A DNA stretch of 64,000 bases from Patescibacteria group bacterium (GCA_038064015.1 JBBTUB010000015.1:7093-71092); one strand, 5' to 3'. Counted from the first letter of the stretch, positions 29,665 to 39,261 are shown. The notes: generated by a model not told the origin, from the letters alone. Numbers and translations: made by a program.

Positions 29665-30106
29665 CGTCGTTTTCTTCAAGTTTCTCAATTAAGATTTTAG
29701 TCTCCTCATCCATAGGCATCGGATAATCAGGGATCCATTCCACCATCTTTGCGTTATGCTCTCCGAGAATATTCTTGATTTCTCCGATCGCGCGGTTTTT
29801 GTTGTCGGTAATTCCTTCGATGGTCAGGCCGATACCGCTTTTTGTAAGCGCTTTCACGGTGATCTCAAAAAGCTCGCTTCCTTTTTCACTGGCGCGCTTG
29901 ATCGCCCGCTCGATATTTTCTTTGGGCATATTCGCCGCCCGCGCCCGCTCAATCATGCCCGCCAAGGCCGCATTAGCCGCCGGATCCGCTCCTTTTTTAG
30001 CCGCAATCGAAATCAGCTTCCCGAGCTTGCTAAACTCTTGACCACGTTTAACATCGGTTATCCCTTTTTGTCTTCGTATCTGACTCCATTTACTATGTCC
30101 TGACAT
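29624..30106 (-). CDS. yebC: YebC/PmpR family protein, internally shortened
   Basis: MSGHSKW, NMPKENIERAI, TDNKNR, LEENDDV; only 160 aa. Confidence 0.9.
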   Translation of the reverse strand: MSGHSKWSQIRRQKGITDVKRGQEFSKLGKLISIAAKKGADPAANAALAGMIERARAANMPKENIERAIKRASEKGSELFEITVKALTKSGIGLTIEGITDNKNRAIGEIKNILGEHNAKMVEWIPDYPMPMDEETKILIEKLEENDDVKEVRVPTNSRN

Positions 30107-30118
30107 GCTGAGATTCTA

Positions 30119-30826
30119 TCACTGGCTGGCAGTGATTTCCATGGTTGCTTGGCCGCTGGCAGTTTGGCCGTCCTTGGCGCACGAGAGCTTGATTGTCGCG
30201 GTTCCGGTCTTGGTGTTCCAGTTGATTCCCCAGGACCAGGTGACCGTGCCGTCATCAAGCGCGGTTTTGGGCCCGAGGTCTTTTGAAGTAGAAACTGATC
30301 CGCTGGGGAGCGTAACTTCGACCGTACACTCTGCGGCCGCGGCGGTCTGGATCTTGACCGTGGCGGTTTGTTTTTGAGCTACCGGCGACGAGAGCGCAAG
30401 AAGCGTGAGGCTGATGCCCGATGCCTCCGGCGTGGGCGTAACCGTAGGAGTCAGCGTCGGAGTGGGAGTTAGAGTAGGAGCCCCGACGTCCGACGGGGTC
30501 GGAGTCGGGGAGCCGACCGAAAGCGTCGGCTTCGGCGTCGGTGTACGAATAGCCGTAGGAGTTGCTGTAGGTGTCGCAGAAGGCAACGCCGATGGCGTCA
30601 GGAGCGTTTGGGGGACCAAGAGCGTTTCAGTCGGTGATGGGCTTGGCGTCGATGTTGGTGTCGGGCTGGTTTTCTTGAGCAATGCGCCACTGTGTACATA
30701 GATGTCAGCTTGTTGAGCTTGAGGCAGTGAGGAAGTCAGGGCTTCATTGCCTTGCGGAGAGCCAAGCATCCACACAATACTGATCGTTCCAATGAAGGCG
30801 CCGAGTGCGATGAGGGCTTTATTCAT
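30119..30826 (-). CDS. Membrane-anchored Pro/Thr-repeat protein with a C-terminal Ig-like domain
   Basis: N-terminal TM, long (TP)n linker, beta-rich domain with two Cys. Confidence 0.75.
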   Translation of the reverse strand: MNKALIALGAFIGTISIVWMLGSPQGNEALTSSLPQAQQADIYVHSGALLKKTSPTPTSTPSPSPTETLLVPQTLLTPSALPSATPTATPTAIRTPTPKPTLSVGSPTPTPSDVGAPTLTPTPTLTPTVTPTPEASGISLTLLALSSPVAQKQTATVKIQTAAAAECTVEVTLPSGSVSTSKDLGPKTALDDGTVTWSWGINWNTKTGTATIKLSCAKDGQTASGQATMEITASQ

Positions 30827-31385
30827 GGATTTCTACGTCGTTGGGATGAGCTTTTATAAACTGATTATGCGCTTCCATGATGATGTCTTTGACCTGGTTG
30901 GGATGAGGGATTTGCTTGAAGAAAAACTTTTCACTGGTCCCCGCCGTTTGTACCTCCAAATTCCCGTAATCCAGAAAGGTGGGGATGACTCCCGTGATAT
31001 CTACGGAGATGTCTTGGATTTTTGAGAGATGCAATTCGGCTACCGTGCGCCGGAAAAATCCATGCTGTTCGCTGTCGATAACTCGATGATCCGTCACGAT
31101 CCAGACATCAAGTAGGTACATGGTGATCGTATAAAAAAGCCCATACCACCAGAATAGGTAAAAAATCGCGGTAAGAAGTGAGTAGTACTCGGCAAAGGGT
31201 AGCGAAACCCGAACGTAGCCAATCAGAATTGAGAGAATCAAAGGAATCAAGGCCATGAGCGCAAAACCTACGATTTGTACGAATAGCACGAACCAGTGCC
31301 GATGCAAGAGTAAGAGCACACTCTCGTACGACTTCTTCCCTTCAAATGTGTATTCGGTCTGCGTGAGAAAAGAGAACATGCTCAT
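30819..31385 (-). CDS. Membrane protein with a bacterial PH domain
   Basis: Two TMs followed by [11 protein letters not shown]...IQDIS...[10 protein letters not shown]...IPHP. Confidence 0.85.
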   Translation of the reverse strand: MSMFSFLTQTEYTFEGKKSYESVLLLLHRHWFVLFVQIVGFALMALIPLILSILIGYVRVSLPFAEYYSLLTAIFYLFWWYGLFYTITMYLLDVWIVTDHRVIDSEQHGFFRRTVAELHLSKIQDISVDITGVIPTFLDYGNLEVQTAGTSEKFFFKQIPHPNQVKDIIMEAHNQFIKAHPNDVEIHE

Positions 31386-31600
31386 GTGGCGTTGAGGTAG
31401 GTTACGAAAAGATACAAGAACAAAACTACCGAGCCCGCAAAAAATACAAAGGCTACGGCCTTGGGGCGGTTGCCGACGCCAAATCTAATCAAGTGGTAGA
31501 GGATGATAAAAGCACCGATCCAGTATATCAGGAGTGCCGCGGCGAAAACGATGAGCGGCAGCCTAGAGGAGAGTTGGTCGAGAAATGGTGGCAAGGCCAA
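31382..31600 (-). CDS. Small two-TM membrane protein
   Basis: ILYHLIRFGVG; coupled to the downstream gene. Confidence 0.65.
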   Translation of the reverse strand: MALPPFLDQLSSRLPLIVFAAALLIYWIGAFIILYHLIRFGVGNRPKAVAFVFFAGSVVLFLYLFVTYLNAT

Positions 31601-32582
31601 GATGTTTACGAGCTTCGTCAGTTATCATTCTACCACGAGCCGTCCGAGTCAAAAAGCCCAGGCGCATCAGGTAGGGTTCATAGACCTCCTCGATGGTATC
31701 GTCTTCTTCACCGATGGCGGCGGCGATTGACTTAAGGCCCGCGGGGCCGCCCTGAAAGTTCTCTGCGATGGTGCTCAGAATCTTCCGGTCGGTAATCTCA
31801 AGTCCCAGCTCATCGATGCCTAACAATGCAAGCGCTTCGCGAGCTACTGCGGCGCTGAGCATTGCGTGGTCTTTGACTTGGGCGAAATCCCGAAGGCGCT
31901 TGAGCAGCCGATTGGCGATGCGCGGGGTAAATCGTGAAGCCTGCGCGAGAATATCAAGTGCCGCCTCGTCGATCGGAACGTCAAGAAGCTTCGCGGAGCG
32001 CCGGATGATTTCTTTCATCTCACCGTGGGTATAAAACTCAAGCTTGTACTGGGCGCCGAAGCGTGAGCGAAAGGGATTGGCCAATAATGATATCCTGGTT
32101 GTCGCAGCAATTAACGTAAAACGTGGAAGTGCGACTTGAAGTGTTTTTGCGGAGGTGCCTTTCCCGATGATGATGTCGAGCTGGTAGTTTTCCATCGCCG
32201 GGTAGAGTGTTTCCTCGACGGCTTTGTTGAGCCGATGCACCTCGTCGATAAAGAGGAAGTCGCCATCGTTGAGGCCCGTCAAGATCGAGCCGATATCGCC
32301 TGCTTTTTCAAGCGCGGTGCCCGACGTAATACGAATCCCCGCGCCAAATTCCTTGGCGATAATGTAGGCGAGTGTGGTCTTGCCCAGGCCCGATGGCCCA
32401 TGGATCAGGATATGCTCCAGCGGATCCTTGCGCTTGCGGGCGGCGCCGACCAAAATGCTTAAGTTTTTCTTGGTTTGCTCTTGGCCGATGTACTCGTCAA
32501 AGCGGACCGGGCGAAGTGCCATATCCAGGGCCTTTTCGTCTTGGTCTTTTGGGAGATCCGGTTTGTGCGTAGGGCTTGACAT
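31563..32582 (-). CDS. ruvB: Holliday junction branch-migration ATPase RuvB
   Basis: LRP-x-x-F-x-EYIGQ, GPSGLGKTTLA, FIDEVHRL, TPRIANRLLKR, EPYL, RTARGR. Confidence 0.97.
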   Translation of the reverse strand: MSSPTHKPDLPKDQDEKALDMALRPVRFDEYIGQEQTKKNLSILVGAARKRKDPLEHILIHGPSGLGKTTLAYIIAKEFGAGIRITSGTALEKAGDIGSILTGLNDGDFLFIDEVHRLNKAVEETLYPAMENYQLDIIIGKGTSAKTLQVALPRFTLIAATTRISLLANPFRSRFGAQYKLEFYTHGEMKEIIRRSAKLLDVPIDEAALDILAQASRFTPRIANRLLKRLRDFAQVKDHAMLSAAVAREALALLGIDELGLEITDRKILSTIAENFQGGPAGLKSIAAAIGEEDDTIEEVYEPYLMRLGFLTRTARGRMITDEARKHLGLATISRPTLL

Positions 32583-32620
32583 TACCTGTTATTTTAGATA
32601 CAATACTGTTGTAGAATATT

Positions 32621-32786
32621 GAAAACCTCTGAAACCTGTAGGCAAATTGAGGCTTCTTAACACTTTGTCTCAATCGGAGTGCTTTCGCAGATGGGTGATT
32701 TGGCTCCGGCTGAATCATGCCTCGGTGGTACTCTCATCCGGGTCTCCCATTGATCCGGCCTTGCCTACGGGTTTTAGGGGTTTTTC
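32621..32786 (+). ncRNA. Candidate structured ncRNA (~165 nt) of unknown class
   Basis: 25-bp closing stem 32621-32645/32761-32785 whose non-Watson-Crick pairs are all G-U on the + strand; several internal hairpins; TAGAAT at 32612-32617. Confidence 0.6.
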
Positions 32787-32788
32787 TT

Positions 32789-32808
32789 GTCCTGAGCCCG
32801 TCGAAGGA
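32789..32808. repeat. REP-like motif GTCCTGAGCCCGTCGAAGGA
   Basis: Resembles the CTGAGC-x-x-GTCGAAG class of extragenic palindromes; sits directly after the pilB stop. Confidence 0.5.
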
Positions 32809-34452
32809 TTACTCTCCTATGACCCGCATAACTTCATCGATTGACGTGATCCCATGGGCTGCCTTCATCAAAGCGTCTTGCAACATGGTTGTCAATCCTT
32901 TTTGAATCGCCATCTCCTGGACTTCGGCAAGTGCGGGGGATTTTAAGATTAATTTTTGCATATCGGCATCGATCTCAAATATTTCATAGGCTCCCACCCG
33001 TCCCTTATAGCCGCTGTTATTGCACGCTTGGCACCCTGCTGAGTAAAAAATCTCCATCTTCTCGTTGATTTCTGGAGCGGTTACGATCGAGGGCAGGCGC
33101 GCGAGATGTCGCTTGAGTAATTCATAGTCTTCGTGCTTGATCGGCGTCTTCTTTTTGCACGCCTCGCATAAGCGTCGCACGAGGCGCTGGGCCATGGCCG
33201 CATTGATCGCCGGAGCGATCGTAACCGGGCGCACGCCAAGGTCGATCAGGCGGGGGATGGTTCCCGCCGCGTTGTTGGTATGGATCGTCGAAAGCACCAG
33301 GTGACCGGTCAGTGCCGCTTGCATGGCGATCTCAGCAGTTTCTTGATCGCGGATTTCGCCGACAAGGATCGCGTCCGGGTCTTGGCGGACGATCGAGCGA
33401 AGTCCCGCCGCAAACGTGTAGCCCGCTTTCGTATTGACCTGGGTCTGACTAATTCCCTGGATATGGTACTCAATAGGATCCTCGATCGTGATGATTTTGA
33501 TGTCGGGAGTGTTGATGTGTTTTACAAAAGCATACAGGGTGGTTGTTTTTCCTGATCCGGTGGGACCGGTAGTAAGAATGGTGCCGGTATTTTTTTGTAA
33601 AAGTTTTTTGATAAGGGCCAGGGTATCTTCGCGCATGCCAAGGTCCTCCAATTTCTGGCGTATGGAAGATGGATCTAGGATACGCATGACGATGTTTTCA
33701 CCATAGGCGCCCGGCAAGATGGAAACGCGCACCTCAATATCTTTTTCTTTCAGGCGGATCGTAAATCTTCCATCCTGGGGAGTTTGGTGGACATTGATTT
33801 TGAGTCCGGAATCTAATTTGATTCTGGATAAAATGCTCGGGAATCCCGCAGGAGAAAAATTAACCACATCGGTGAGAACGCCGTCGAGACGATAGCGAAG
33901 ACGGATGGTATGCTCTTCAGGCTCGAAGTGGATATCAGAGGCTCCAATTTTGAGGGCCCCCGCAATGAGGGCGTTGATCACCTGTGTGATCGGGAGCACG
34001 GTGATGCGCTCCTGCAAATCCTTCATGCCTTGAATCTGATTCTGCAGATTCAAAATTTCTTCCTCGCTGATGCTCATCACTCCCCGAGCTTCTAGGGAGG
34101 TTTTTTTCTTGAGTTTGTATCGCTCCAATGCAAGGTTGAGGCTATGAAGCGATGTCACGACCATATTCGTACTCAGGCCCCTTTGGGTGAGGTTTTGCAG
34201 GATTGACTGAAGATGTGGGTTTGCCGGATCAAGAACGGCAATAGTGATCAAAGCTCCGTTTTTGGAAATTGCCGCAACATTAGCTTTTCGAGCATCCGCT
34301 TCGTCAATAAGAAAAAGGGCGCTGTTATCTATTGGGAATGCGCCAAGATTAATGTATTGCAAGCCTGCCTGTTGGGCGATTTGCTTGGAATTGGCCTCGA
34401 GGCGGCGATCCTCAATCTCCGTCATTTTTTTATCGATGTCGGTCTCTGACAT
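32809..34452 (-). CDS. pilB: Type IV pilus assembly / T2SS ATPase PilB/GspE
   Basis: ASDIHFEP, PQDGRF, TGPTGSGKTTTLY, TIEDPIEY, RQDPD, TGHLVLSTIHTN, tetracysteine motif. Confidence 0.93.
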   Translation of the reverse strand: MSETDIDKKMTEIEDRRLEANSKQIAQQAGLQYINLGAFPIDNSALFLIDEADARKANVAAISKNGALITIAVLDPANPHLQSILQNLTQRGLSTNMVVTSLHSLNLALERYKLKKKTSLEARGVMSISEEEILNLQNQIQGMKDLQERITVLPITQVINALIAGALKIGASDIHFEPEEHTIRLRYRLDGVLTDVVNFSPAGFPSILSRIKLDSGLKINVHQTPQDGRFTIRLKEKDIEVRVSILPGAYGENIVMRILDPSSIRQKLEDLGMREDTLALIKKLLQKNTGTILTTGPTGSGKTTTLYAFVKHINTPDIKIITIEDPIEYHIQGISQTQVNTKAGYTFAAGLRSIVRQDPDAILVGEIRDQETAEIAMQAALTGHLVLSTIHTNNAAGTIPRLIDLGVRPVTIAPAINAAMAQRLVRRLCEACKKKTPIKHEDYELLKRHLARLPSIVTAPEINEKMEIFYSAGCQACNNSGYKGRVGAYEIFEIDADMQKLILKSPALAEVQEMAIQKGLTTMLQDALMKAAHGITSIDEVMRVIGE

Positions 34453-34547
34453 ACTCCAAGCCTATCATAGTTGACTCTCTTTTTGAATCTTGGTAGACTG
34501 AGCGTATCAAAGTTCTCCCGCCTTGGCGGGATTCATGTTGAAAAACC

Positions 34548-35711
34548 ATGCTTGATACCAAACAATTTATCTCGGCGATGAAGCAAATCGCCGAAGAAAA
34601 AGGCATCGCCGAAGAAAAGGTGCTGGACACGATCCAGCTTGCCATCGCTGCCGCGTACAAAAAGGACTTTGGCGAAAAGGGCCAAGATATTCGAGCAAAG
34701 CTTGATCCGGAAACCGGGAACGTTGGAATTACGCAAATCAAGACGGTGATTGAGGGTACCGACGAAGAGGGATACATTACCGGCCCGACGGATTTTTTAA
34801 AAACTCAAGAAGAAGGAGCGGGAGAAGAATCACGCCTCAAGTTCAATCCGGAAAAGCATATTACGCTTGAAGAGGTGAAGAAGTTAAAAAAGAAGCTGGC
34901 GCTCGGTGAGGAGCTGGTTATCGAGCTGGAGTCCAAAACAGAATTTGGTCGCATCGCGGCGCAGACTGCCAAGCAGGTTGTGATCCAGCGGTTGCGCGAG
35001 ATCGAGCGGGAGGCGATCATGGCGGAGTTCAAAGGCCGGGAAGGTGAAGTGATATCAGGCATCATCCAGCGCAACGAAGGCCGCATGATTTATGTGGATC
35101 TTGGGCGTACCAATGGCCTGCTTCCGCCTCCCGAGCAGGTAGAGCGGGAGAATTATCGCATCGGAGCTCGTATGCGCCTCTACATCGTGCGTGTGGAAGA
35201 AACCAATCGCGGTCCAGCCATCATCTTATCCCGTTCCCACCCAAAGTTTCTTATGCGCCTGTTCGCGTTTGAAGTTCCTGAAATAGAATCCGGCTCAGTA
35301 GAAATCAAGGCCATTGCCCGGGAAGCTGGCTCGCGATCCAAGATTGCCGTCGTATCGCATGAGGATGGTGTTGATCCCATCGGCTCACTCGTGGGACAAA
35401 AAGGGGTCCGTGTCCAGACCGTGATCAATGAGCTTGGCGGAGAGAAGATCGATATTATCGAATGGAATGATGATCCCCAGCGATTTATCGCGCATGCCCT
35501 CGCACCGGCAAAGATCCTCGCCGTAAAAGTCATCGATGAAGCCGCGAAGCACGCGGTCGTGGAAGTCGCCGAAGACCAATTCTCATTGGCGATCGGGAAG
35601 CGAGGCCAGAATGTCCGGCTTGCCGCGAAGCTGTCGGGCTGGAGGATCGATGTCCGCGGCCCGGAAGGGCAGATTACTGCCGAAGAAGCGCTTGCTGAGA
35701 AACCCGCATGA
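34548..35711 (+). CDS. nusA: Transcription termination/antitermination factor NusA
   Basis: FGRIAAQTAKQV, S1 domain, AREAGSRSKIAV, GEKIDII, AIGKRGQNVRLA. Confidence 0.97.
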   Translation: MLDTKQFISAMKQIAEEKGIAEEKVLDTIQLAIAAAYKKDFGEKGQDIRAKLDPETGNVGITQIKTVIEGTDEEGYITGPTDFLKTQEEGAGEESRLKFNPEKHITLEEVKKLKKKLALGEELVIELESKTEFGRIAAQTAKQVVIQRLREIEREAIMAEFKGREGEVISGIIQRNEGRMIYVDLGRTNGLLPPPEQVERENYRIGARMRLYIVRVEETNRGPAIILSRSHPKFLMRLFAFEVPEIESGSVEIKAIAREAGSRSKIAVVSHEDGVDPIGSLVGQKGVRVQTVINELGGEKIDIIEWNDDPQRFIAHALAPAKILAVKVIDEAAKHAVVEVAEDQFSLAIGKRGQNVRLAAKLSGWRIDVRGPEGQITAEEALAEKPA

Positions 35712-36736
35712 CGTCAGCGATCCGAAAAATTGACGCTTCCAGCGTTGAGGTGACGATAGAACTGGGGTCAAACGACCTCAAGGGGTACGTGGGTAAAGCC
35801 GAGGAGCGCATCGCTCAATCACTTAATCTTGAAGGGTTTCGGAAAGGCAAAGTTCCTCCTGAAGCAATTCGCCAGCGCGTTGGTGAGGCCGAGTTGCGCG
35901 AGGAAGCGCTCCAGATTGCAGTCCAAGAAAGCCTGGAAGAAGCAATCCAAAAAGAGGGCCTTGATGTCCTCGATCAGAGTAATTTCAGTATTAAAGATAA
36001 TACCCCCGAAAAGCTTCGGTACGTGCTTACGCTGACGCTTTACCCCAAGGTTACTTTGGGAAACTACCGAGGCATCGAAATAATAAAGCAGTCGCACGAG
36101 GTGAGCGACGCGGAGCTCCAGAAGGTTCTTGACGATCTGGTGGCGTCTCGGCGTTCGGGTGATATAACTCCTGAGCTCAATGACGAATTCGCAAAAAGCC
36201 TCGGTCATTTCGCTTCGCTGGAAGATTTAAAGTCCGGTGTCAAAACGGGATTGCTGCAAGAAAAGCAACTGCGAGAGCGTGATCGTGTTCGAGGCGAGGT
36301 GCTCAAAGCGATCATCGCCACGTCAAAGCTCGATGTTCCTAAGCTCATGATTGAGCGCCAGCTTGACGGGATGATCGCGAACTTTGATGAAGAGCTTCAC
36401 GCGCAGGGCATGGAGCTTGGCCCCTACCTGGCGCGTATCAAGAAAACGCAGGATCAGCTTCGCGCCGAGTGGTATCCGAAAGCCGAAGACCAGGTCAAAA
36501 TGACGCTCGTGCTCCACGCCGTGGGAAAAGCGGAGAAGATCACGATCACCGCGGCGGAGCTCCAGGAGGCGCTTGAGCTTCGTCTCCAGCAGTATCTTGC
36601 GGGCCGAAAGGAAGCCGGGACCGCCGAGGCGCTCAAAGATCTTGATCTGGAGCGAATCAAGCGAGGGCTATTCGGTAGCCTCTTGAATGAAAAGATTTTT
36701 GTGTTTCTCGAATCGAGTGCTATACTGACTTCGTGA
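35708..36736 (+). CDS. tig: Trigger factor lacking the FKBP PPIase domain
   Basis: GFRKGKVP ribosome-binding motif; N-domain joined directly to PELNDEFAK C-domain. Confidence 0.9.
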   Translation: MTSAIRKIDASSVEVTIELGSNDLKGYVGKAEERIAQSLNLEGFRKGKVPPEAIRQRVGEAELREEALQIAVQESLEEAIQKEGLDVLDQSNFSIKDNTPEKLRYVLTLTLYPKVTLGNYRGIEIIKQSHEVSDAELQKVLDDLVASRRSGDITPELNDEFAKSLGHFASLEDLKSGVKTGLLQEKQLRERDRVRGEVLKAIIATSKLDVPKLMIERQLDGMIANFDEELHAQGMELGPYLARIKKTQDQLRAEWYPKAEDQVKMTLVLHAVGKAEKITITAAELQEALELRLQQYLAGRKEAGTAEALKDLDLERIKRGLFGSLLNEKIFVFLESSAILTS

Positions 36737-37056
36737 TATTTTCCACGAGATATTCTTATATCGTTTTGTGTGTCGGCCTTGCAGCCGTATTTTTTTGGTT
36801 CGGTATTAATAAATTCATCCACCCTGGAACTCAGCTCATCTACATCGGAACTCAGTTTGGCTACATCCAGGGGATTTTTGAGGTCCTGATCGGGTTGAGC
36901 CTTGTAAGTGGGGTCTTTACGAGATTTTTCTCGCTCCTGGGCGTTGTACTGCTTGTCGCAATCATCGTGGTCGCGGGCTTCAATGAGATTGCGGTTCGTG
37001 ATCTGGGACTCATCGGCGGGCTCTTGGCCATCTTCTTGTGGCCCGAGCGCCGGTAA
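36733..37056 (+). CDS. DoxX-family membrane protein
   Basis: GLAAVFFWFGINKF...E-x-x-x-G...G-x-FTR...RDLGL. Confidence 0.8.
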   Translation: MIFSTRYSYIVLCVGLAAVFFWFGINKFIHPGTQLIYIGTQFGYIQGIFEVLIGLSLVSGVFTRFFSLLGVVLLVAIIVVAGFNEIAVRDLGLIGGLLAIFLWPERR

Positions 37057-37070
37057 GGTATACTTCGTTT

Positions 37071-37781
37071 ATGGAAATTCCCGAAACACCGCCCGCAATG
37101 TTTACTCCTCCGGTCCGTCCGCCGTGGACCTACGCCGCGCTTCCGGTAGCCTTGGTGATCGCGGCCGTACTCATCGCCGGAAGCCTCGTATACACCAAAG
37201 GAGGCCCTCAAAAAGCCAGCGGCGGCCCCAAGACAGGCACGATCAATTATACCGTCGACGATCTCAAGATCTGGGCAGGCAAAATAAAAGGCATTGATAA
37301 AAAAGCATTTGCGACATGCCTTGATTCCGATAAGTATGCGGCTCGAGTCAAGCAAGATATGGAAAGCGGCTCGGCGCTTGGTGTAGATGGCACACCGTCA
37401 TTCTTTATCAATGGCACCCCCCTGGTTGGCGCACAGCCTATTGACCAATTTCGAGCGGCGATTGAGCAAGCGAAGACAAATCCGGGAAAAAAAATCAGCC
37501 TTGGAGCAGAAGATCATATCCTCGGCATGGAGAGCGCGCCGGTGACGATTGTCGAATATAGCGATTTTCAGTGCCCGTTTTGCCGGACATTTTTTGATCA
37601 GACCTACGGCCAGCTTAAAAAAGAATACATCGACACCGGTGTCGTAAAGCTTGCCTATCGCCATTTCCCACTGGGCTTTCATGCAGCCGCTCAAAAATCA
37701 GCGGAGGCCACCGAGTGTGCCAATGATCAAGGCAAATTCTGGGAGATGCATGACGCGATATTCTCGTTGCAGGCAAAATGA
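37071..37781 (+). CDS. Membrane-anchored DsbA/BdbD-like thiol oxidoreductase, circularly permuted
   Basis: GVDGTPSFFING...GAQP segment comes before APVTIVEYSDFQCPFC...GKFWEMHD. Confidence 0.88.
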   Translation: MEIPETPPAMFTPPVRPPWTYAALPVALVIAAVLIAGSLVYTKGGPQKASGGPKTGTINYTVDDLKIWAGKIKGIDKKAFATCLDSDKYAARVKQDMESGSALGVDGTPSFFINGTPLVGAQPIDQFRAAIEQAKTNPGKKISLGAEDHILGMESAPVTIVEYSDFQCPFCRTFFDQTYGQLKKEYIDTGVVKLAYRHFPLGFHAAAQKSAEATECANDQGKFWEMHDAIFSLQAK

Positions 37782-38824
37782 AGCGTGTGTATCTTGACCA
37801 CGCCGCAGGGATTGGAAATCCTTCTTCAGTACATCACGAAGGGCGCAAGGCAAAAAAAATACTCGACGACGCCCGCGCCAAGATTGGCGCAGTTTTAAAC
37901 TGCCGGGCCGAAGAAATTATTTTCACGGGGTCTGGAACTGAAGCCAATAATCTGGCAATTTTTGGTGTACCATCGGGGCATATCATCTCAACGAATATCG
38001 AGCATCACTCAGTGCTTCGGCCCTTGGAGAAACGCGGCAACGTTACGTTTGTGCCGGTGAAGCCAAATGGCATCATAAATCCTGACGATATTGCCAAGGC
38101 ACTTCGGCCCGATACGGTTTTAGTCTCAGTCATCTATGCCAACAATGAGATCGGCACGACCCAGCCGATTCGTGCCATTAAGAAAATCATCGGCAACGTG
38201 TTGTTACACACTGACGCGTGCCAGGCAGCCGGGTATCTGGATATTAATGTCCAAAATCTTGGCGTAGATCTCATGACGATCAATGGGGCCAAGATATATG
38301 GCCCCCAGGGCACGGGCGTGCTCTTCGTGCGCCGCGGTACTCGGCTCATGCCGATAATTCTTGGCGGCGATCAGGAGCGCGGACTGCGAGCAGGGACGCA
38401 GAATCCGGTTTTAATTGCCGACTTTGCCAAAGCGCTTAAGCTTGCCGAGAAAAAACGAGAAAAAGAATCAGCGCGCCTGATCAATCTCCGCGATTGGTTC
38501 ATTGCCCAGCTTCCCGACGCAAAGCTCAATGGCGATCCCGTCCAGCGCCTTCCCAACAATATTAATATTTCTTTTGATGATATCGATGGCGAGATGCTTA
38601 TGCTCGCGCTTGACCTCAAAGGCATTGCGGTCTCCACCGGCGCCGCCTGCACCGTGACAAGCACTGAGCCGTCCCACGTGTTGCAGGCGCTACACGCTAC
38701 ACGGGACACGTTACACGATCAGGGCAACATCCGCCTTACCCTCGGCCGCTCAACCACCAAAAAAGACCTGGAGTACACACTCCAAGTCCTCAAAAAAGAA
38801 GTCGCGCGATTGCGATCGCTTTAA
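37778..38824 (+). CDS. iscS: Cysteine desulfurase (IscS/NifS group)
   Basis: YLDHAA, GNPSS, FTGSGTEANN, NNEIG, HTDACQ, K-x-YGP, RAGT, STGAAC. Confidence 0.92.
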   Translation: MKRVYLDHAAGIGNPSSVHHEGRKAKKILDDARAKIGAVLNCRAEEIIFTGSGTEANNLAIFGVPSGHIISTNIEHHSVLRPLEKRGNVTFVPVKPNGIINPDDIAKALRPDTVLVSVIYANNEIGTTQPIRAIKKIIGNVLLHTDACQAAGYLDINVQNLGVDLMTINGAKIYGPQGTGVLFVRRGTRLMPIILGGDQERGLRAGTQNPVLIADFAKALKLAEKKREKESARLINLRDWFIAQLPDAKLNGDPVQRLPNNINISFDDIDGEMLMLALDLKGIAVSTGAACTVTSTEPSHVLQALHATRDTLHDQGNIRLTLGRSTTKKDLEYTLQVLKKEVARLRSL

Positions 38825-39261
38825 TTTTTCCAGAAGCGGTTTTTCTCTCGAAGATACGTCTCAGCCCAAAGCGCGAGCGTAGCGTGATGGGGTTCGGGAA
38901 GCTTGGTGAGTGGAAACCATCCGATCTCATCTACCTTGTCAGGTTCCATATTTTTTGGATTCCCTTGAGTGATTCGGCAGACGTACTGGATCGATACCCA
39001 ATGCTGCTTTTCCTCCGTAAGGAAAGTCTCATCGGTGCCAAATGCTCCCAATATCTCCACCTCAACTCCAAACTCTTCGCGAATTTCTCGACAGATTGCA
39101 TTTCGTGAGTTTTCCCCAAATTCAATAATCCCGCCAGGACGATTCCAATACCCGATCAGATTACGGCTTTTCAGGCCGCGTTTCATTAAGAGCGTCTCAT
39201 CTTTTTCATTGACGATTAGCCCTCCGACTCCGACGCCGATATAATCTACGCCCGGTTGCAT
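38821..39261 (-). CDS. NUDIX hydrolase
   Basis: PGGIIEFGE-x6-REIREEFG Nudix box. Confidence 0.9.
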   Translation of the reverse strand: MQPGVDYIGVGVGGLIVNEKDETLLMKRGLKSRNLIGYWNRPGGIIEFGENSRNAICREIREEFGVEVEILGAFGTDETFLTEEKQHWVSIQYVCRITQGNPKNMEPDKVDEIGWFPLTKLPEPHHATLALWAETYLREKNRFWKN

